Positions 55,160 to 64,000 of a stretch of DNA of 64,000 nt are shown here, piece by piece (position 1 is the stretch's first letter; the number at the start of each line of letters is the position of its first letter). Source of the stretch: the human T2T-CHM13v2.0 reference genome, Homo sapiens. Made by a program: the position numbers and the translations under genes. The notes under the pieces were generated by a model that ran no database searches, had not been told where the DNA came from, and saw nothing but the letters and a program-made list of their open reading frames with translations. The stretch is taken from assembly GCF_009914755.1 (NCBI RefSeq), contig NC_060932.1, one strand, 5' to 3'.

Positions 55160-56177
55160 ATGGGGGAAAAAACAGAACAGAAAAACTGGAAACTCTAAAA
55201 AGCAGAGCGCCTCTCCTCCTCCAAAGGAACGCAGTTCCTCACCAGCAACGGAACAAAGCTGGATGGAGAATGACTTTGATGAGCTGAGAGAAGAAGGCTT
55301 CAGACGATCAAATTACTCTGAGCTACGGGAGGACATTCAAACCAAAGGCAAAGAAGTTGAAAACTTTGAAAAAACTTTAGAAGAATGTATAACTAGAATA
55401 ACCAATACAGAGAAGTGCTTAAAGGAGCTGATGGAGCTGAAAACCAAGGCTCGAGAACTACGTGAAGAATGCAGAAGCCTCAGGAGCCGATGCGATCAAC
55501 TGGAAGAAAGGGTATCAGCAATGGAAGATGAAATGAATGAAATGAAGCGAGAAGGGAAGGTTAGAGAAAAAAGAATAAAAAGAAATGAGCAAAGCCTCCA
55601 AGAAATATGGGACTATGTGAAAAGACCAAATCTACGTCTGACTGGTGTACCTGAAAGTGATGCGGAGAATGGAACCAAGTTGGAAAACACTCTACAGGAT
55701 ATTATCCAGGAGAACTTCCCCAATCTAGCAAGGCAGGCCAACGTTCAGATTCAGGAAATACAGAGAACGCCACAAAGATACTCCTCGAGAAGAGCAACTC
55801 CAAGACACATCATTGTCAGATTCACCAAAGTTGAAATGAAGGAAAAAATGTTAAGGGCAGCCAGAGAGAAAGGTCGGGTTACCCTCAAAGGGAAGCCCAT
55901 CAGACTAACAGCGGATCTCTCGGCAGAAACCCTACAAGCCAGAAGAGAGTGGGGGCCAATATTCAACATTCTTAAAGAAAAGAATTTTCAACCCAGAATT
56001 TCATATCCAGCCAAACTAAGCTTCATAAGTGAAGGAGAAATAAAATACTTTACAGACAAGCAAATGCTGAGAGATTTTGTCACCACCAGGCCTGCCCTAA
56101 AAGAGCTCCTGAAGGAAGCGCTAAACATGGAAAGGAACAACCGGTACCAGCCGCTGCAAAATCATGCCAAAATGTAA
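55160..56177 (+). pseudogene. L1 ORF1p with +1 frameshift at codon 2; residues 35-338 (55263..56177) remain open
   Basis: ATGGGGGAAAAAACAG has one G more than the consensus ATGGGGAAAAAACAG. Met35 lies 103 nt, not 102 nt, from the first ATG. REKG, ARR and YPAKLS motifs are intact. Confidence 0.92.
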
Positions 56178-56213
56178 AGACCATCGATGCTAGGAAGAAA
56201 CTGCATCAACTAA

Positions 56214-60068
<3,855 letters not shown>

Positions 60069-62521
60069 ACAATGAGATCACATGGACACATGAAGGGGAA
60101 TATCACACTCTGGGGACTGTGGTGGGGTGGGGGGAGCGGGGAGGGAGAGCATTGGGAGATATACCTAAGGCTAGATGACGAGTTAGTGGGTGCAGCGCAC
60201 CAGCATGGCACATGTATACATATGTAACTAACCTGCACAATGTGCACATGTACCCTAAAACTTAAAGTATAATACAAAAAAAAAAAGAAAAAAAAAAGAA
60301 ATACGTGTATTATATATCTATTCTAGGTTGTAAAATTCTGCTTTTCTTATGGCAGTATAGATCATTAATATTTTCATTTAAATTTTACATAATGCTAAGT
60401 CTTTCCCTAGGTTTCTATCAAATATCTGATAATAGCATGATCAACAAAATGTTTGTTGAAGGATGAGTATGTGAAAATACATAATATCAGACTTCTGTGT
60501 TAACATCACATTTTATACAAATACTGAATGTTTGGTCCAAATTTTGTTTCTATCTTTATATTATGTTACTACTAAATCACAGTAAGTGTAATTCAGGACA
60601 CATGATTTCTAAAACAAATATTTATAAGGAATACTTTAAAACTACAGATACAATTTAATAATGCAAAGGACATGCATGTAATTAGAATATATACAAAATA
60701 TTATGTCTTCTATTTTCTTCTATTGTCTAGAAATTTGCATAGTAGGGGTAAAAACAACAGTTTTATTTTTTAGTCCTTTGGGAATAATTTTTTTTCCTGC
60801 ATAGTGATATAAAGAATCTTTTTCTTTACTTACAGGATATATGTATTTATGGATCTGATTTTATTAATTTTGCAGTGAATAAAATGAGTTCTGAATTGCA
60901 CACTACTGTCTCATTTTAGAATTGGATATTTTTGCTATTATCTGTTTGCTTATGTATTTTGCTTTAATTTTCCTACTCTTCCACCATCCTTTGAGAGAAT
61001 CTTGCATTCTTAAGCTGGATTTATTTACCAGATCTTCAATATCTATTCTTTATCCTTGGCTTTCATATCATTTTATCTCTTCATACTTTCCTAGAAATGG
61101 CTTACCAAGATTTTCTTCCACATGACAGATTCAGTTTGTACAGTAATAACAGGCTTTTGTTTCCTGTTCCATAGCAAGCTTTTAATGGATGTTCTGAGTT
61201 GTTTCCAATATTGTTTTTCTGGTTTTCTTGATAAAATACTTTCAGTGACAGCCTTTTATTCCTGAGTCTTCAAGTAGATGTTCCTTTTCCTTGATTCTTC
61301 AGTATCCTTTTAATGGTATCATTCTGTTATTACGACTACCTAGCCTTAGGCAAGTCAACAAATTTTCTGCCTCAATTCCCTTGCAAAATGGAAGTAATTA
61401 CACTATTTTACAAATTTGTTATGAGGAATAAATGAGTTAAATACACAAAATTAATTTAGAATTGTGTTTGGAACATATTAAATGTGCACTTAAATTAGCA
61501 CTTGATTTTACTAATTGTTTTCTTCTTTATGCATCTTTGATTAAGGCTGATGATAACCCATAGAGAGGCTTTTTATAATATCTCCTACTTTCTCTACTTT
61601 TTTTTAACTTGCTGGTCAAATAATCTTTTCAATTAAAATCTGGAAAGCAAGCTGATATTCCATGGTCTTAGGTCAATTCCCATTGCTCAGGACACATGCA
61701 TCTGGTACGTACAGCTTTACTGAACAGAGGTGGAATCTTCCTTATGCCCACAGTCTTCTTTTCTGATGCATTAAATCAATGGCAAAGCTACAATCTCCAC
61801 TGTGGATTATAATAAGGTCTATTTCTGCTGCTTCCATGATATGCAGTCAACAGACTTAGGGAGGAGGGCGGGGGTTCTGGCAATTCTTGATTTCAACTAA
61901 AGAAGAGAGTTATAAATTAAATGTTGTTGTTAATAGCTAGTGTTGTTTACATTGTAAGAAATTTACTAAAATTGTAGTATGTTAGGTTTGATAGTGGTAT
62001 GGTTGTAATTCTGCAAAAAAAAGTTACAAAACTAAAGTAAAAAGCTGTTATTAATCTTAGATAATTTAAGCAATAAGGCTATTAAATCATTAATTCAGAC
62101 CAATTGGATTTTTTTTTCAGAAACTTAAAGACATTGTCTATATTGAAATAAAGGGATGAAATTTGAAACTTTGATTTCATTTTGTCTTGTTGATGTCTAG
62201 ATTTAAAGACAAAAACAATTTAAAGATGAATTAGAAGGAAAAATTCTACAGAGACTATGTAAGAGAAGAGAAATAACAGTAGCTAAATAATGGATAATAG
62301 GGCAAAATATGTATGAATTATGATTAAGCAACTTACCAAGAGATTCAATGTATATATAAAATCCAAGTAGTACTGATTTACTTCTCAACATATTGTTGCA
62401 GCAGACATGGACTAGCTGTTCATTAAACCTGTCACCTTTCTCCTGCCTTCCTTGTGATTAGATGTGATCATAGTATTGCACTCTAGTGCAAACAGGGCAG
62501 AAATGGAACAGTTTAGTAGAA

Positions 62522-62864
62522 TAGTTGGCCCTCCATATCCATGGCTTTTGCATCTATGCAGTCAATCAACCATGGATTGAAATATTTGAACAAAAAAAAT
62601 ACACGGTTGCATCTGTACCAGATATGTACAGACTCTTTAACTCTTGCCCTTATTCTCTAAAAAATTACAGTATAACCACTATTTACATAGCATTTACCTT
62701 GTTATAGGTAGTATAAGTAGGCTAAAGATGACTTAAAACATAAAGGAGAATGTGCACAGGTTATATGCAAATATTAAACCATCTTATATAAGGGACTTGA
62801 GCATCTGTGCATCTCGGTGTCTGCAGGGAGTCCTCCCGTTCCCCAAAGATACCAGGGGATGGCA
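62522..62864. mobile_element. MER2 (Tigger-family MITE), apparently nested in an old MLT1 LTR (~62395..63060)
   Basis: AGTTGGCCCTCCATATCCATGG...CAGTATAACCACTATTTACATAGCATTTAC...ATAAGGGACTTGAGCATC...GATACCAGGGGATGGCA; MaLR-like end GAAATAAAATCAGTTGTGTTAAGCCA at ~63021. Confidence 0.75.
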
Positions 62865-63073
62865 TATAAATCCCTTACATGAGCAAATTTATCAACTGCT
62901 GCCTGGATGTTGACACCTGAGGCAACTTCCGAAGTCATGTGTTGATGCTAAGCCTTCATTATTCTTGGTGTCTCTGATAGAGTGTTTAGACAGAGCTCCT
63001 CTATCCCACCACAGCGGCAAGAAATAAAATCAGTTGTGTTAAGCCATAGGAATTTCTGGTTTCATCTGCTTCA

Positions 63074-64000
63074 TTTTATTTTATCTTTTTATTATATTTT
63101 AAGTTCTAGGGTACATGTGCACAATGTGCAGGTTTGTTACATAGGTATACGTGTGCCATGTTGGTGTGCTGCACCCATTAACTCGTCATTTACATTAGGC
63201 ATATCTCATAGTGCTATGCCTCCCCCATCCCCCCACCCCATGACAGGCCCTGATGTGTATTTTTCCCCTTCCTGTGTCCAAGTGTTCTCATTGTTCAATT
63301 CCCACCTATAAGTGAGAACATGCAGTGTTTGGTTTTTTGTCCTTGCAATAGTTTGCTGAGAAGGATGGTTTCCTGCTTCATCCATGTCCCTACAAAGGAC
63401 ATGAACTCATCATTTTTTATGGCTGCATAGTATTCCATGGTGTATAGGTGCCCCATTTTCTTAATCCAGTCTATCATTGTTGGACATTTGGGTTGGTTCC
63501 AAGTCTTTGCTATTGTGAATAGTGCCACAATAAACATACGTGTGCATGTGTCTTTATAGCAGCATGATTTACAGTCCTTTGGGTATATACCCAGTAATGG
63601 GATGGCTGGGTCAAATGGTATTTCTAGTTCTAGATCCTTGAGGAATCGCCACACTGTCTTCCACAATGGTTGAACTAGTTTACACTCCCACCAACAGTGT
63701 AAAAGTGTTCCTATTTCTCCACATCCTCTCCAGCACCTGTTGTTTCCTGACTTTCTAATGATCGCCATTTTAAGTGGTGTGAGATGGTATCTCGTGGTTT
63801 TGATTTGCATTTCTCTGATGACCAGTGATGATGAGCACTTTTTCATGTGTCTGTTGGCTGCATAAATGTCTTCTTTTGAGAAGTGTCGATTCATATCCTT
63901 TGCCCACTTTTTGATGGGGTTGTTTTTTTCTTGTAAATTTGTTTGAGTTCATTGTAGATTCTGCATATTAGCCCTTTGTCAGATGGGTAGATTGCAAAAA
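63074..64000 (-). mobile_element. LINE-1 3' end (L1PA5-like), continues past the window edge
   Basis: Poly(T) from 63074, reverse L1 3'UTR, and ORF2 C-terminal 199 aa at 63295..63894 ending FSLIGGN. Confidence 0.93.

Overview
AT-rich hominid (human or great-ape) genomic DNA from inside the MMP16 (MT3-MMP) gene, which is on the minus strand. Only two coding exons are present: 24101..24262 (162 nt; zinc-binding [11 protein letters not shown] and Met-turn) and 21908..22119 (212 nt; Pro-rich hinge and hemopexin start). Their numbering as exons 5 and 6 is recalled from the known gene structure. The rest is intron full of interspersed repeats: a full-length L1PA2-like LINE-1 (54255..60296, 17-bp TSD, ORF1 frameshift, ORF2 nonsense, intact antisense ORF0), a 5'-inverted L1PA5-like copy, a third L1 running off the right end, two Alus, MaLR/ERV LTRs, DNA-transposon fossils, and L2/MIR/L1M remnants. 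Repeat subfamilies were called by eye, so edges of old repeats are approximate. I see no new multi-gene system. The best leads are (1) a phase-compatible, in-frame splice route from L1 ORF0 into the MMP16 catalytic exon, (2) an apparent 145-bp gene-conversion tract between two inverted neighbouring L1s, and (3) several fold-back or templated-insertion scars and hairpins. All need testing.
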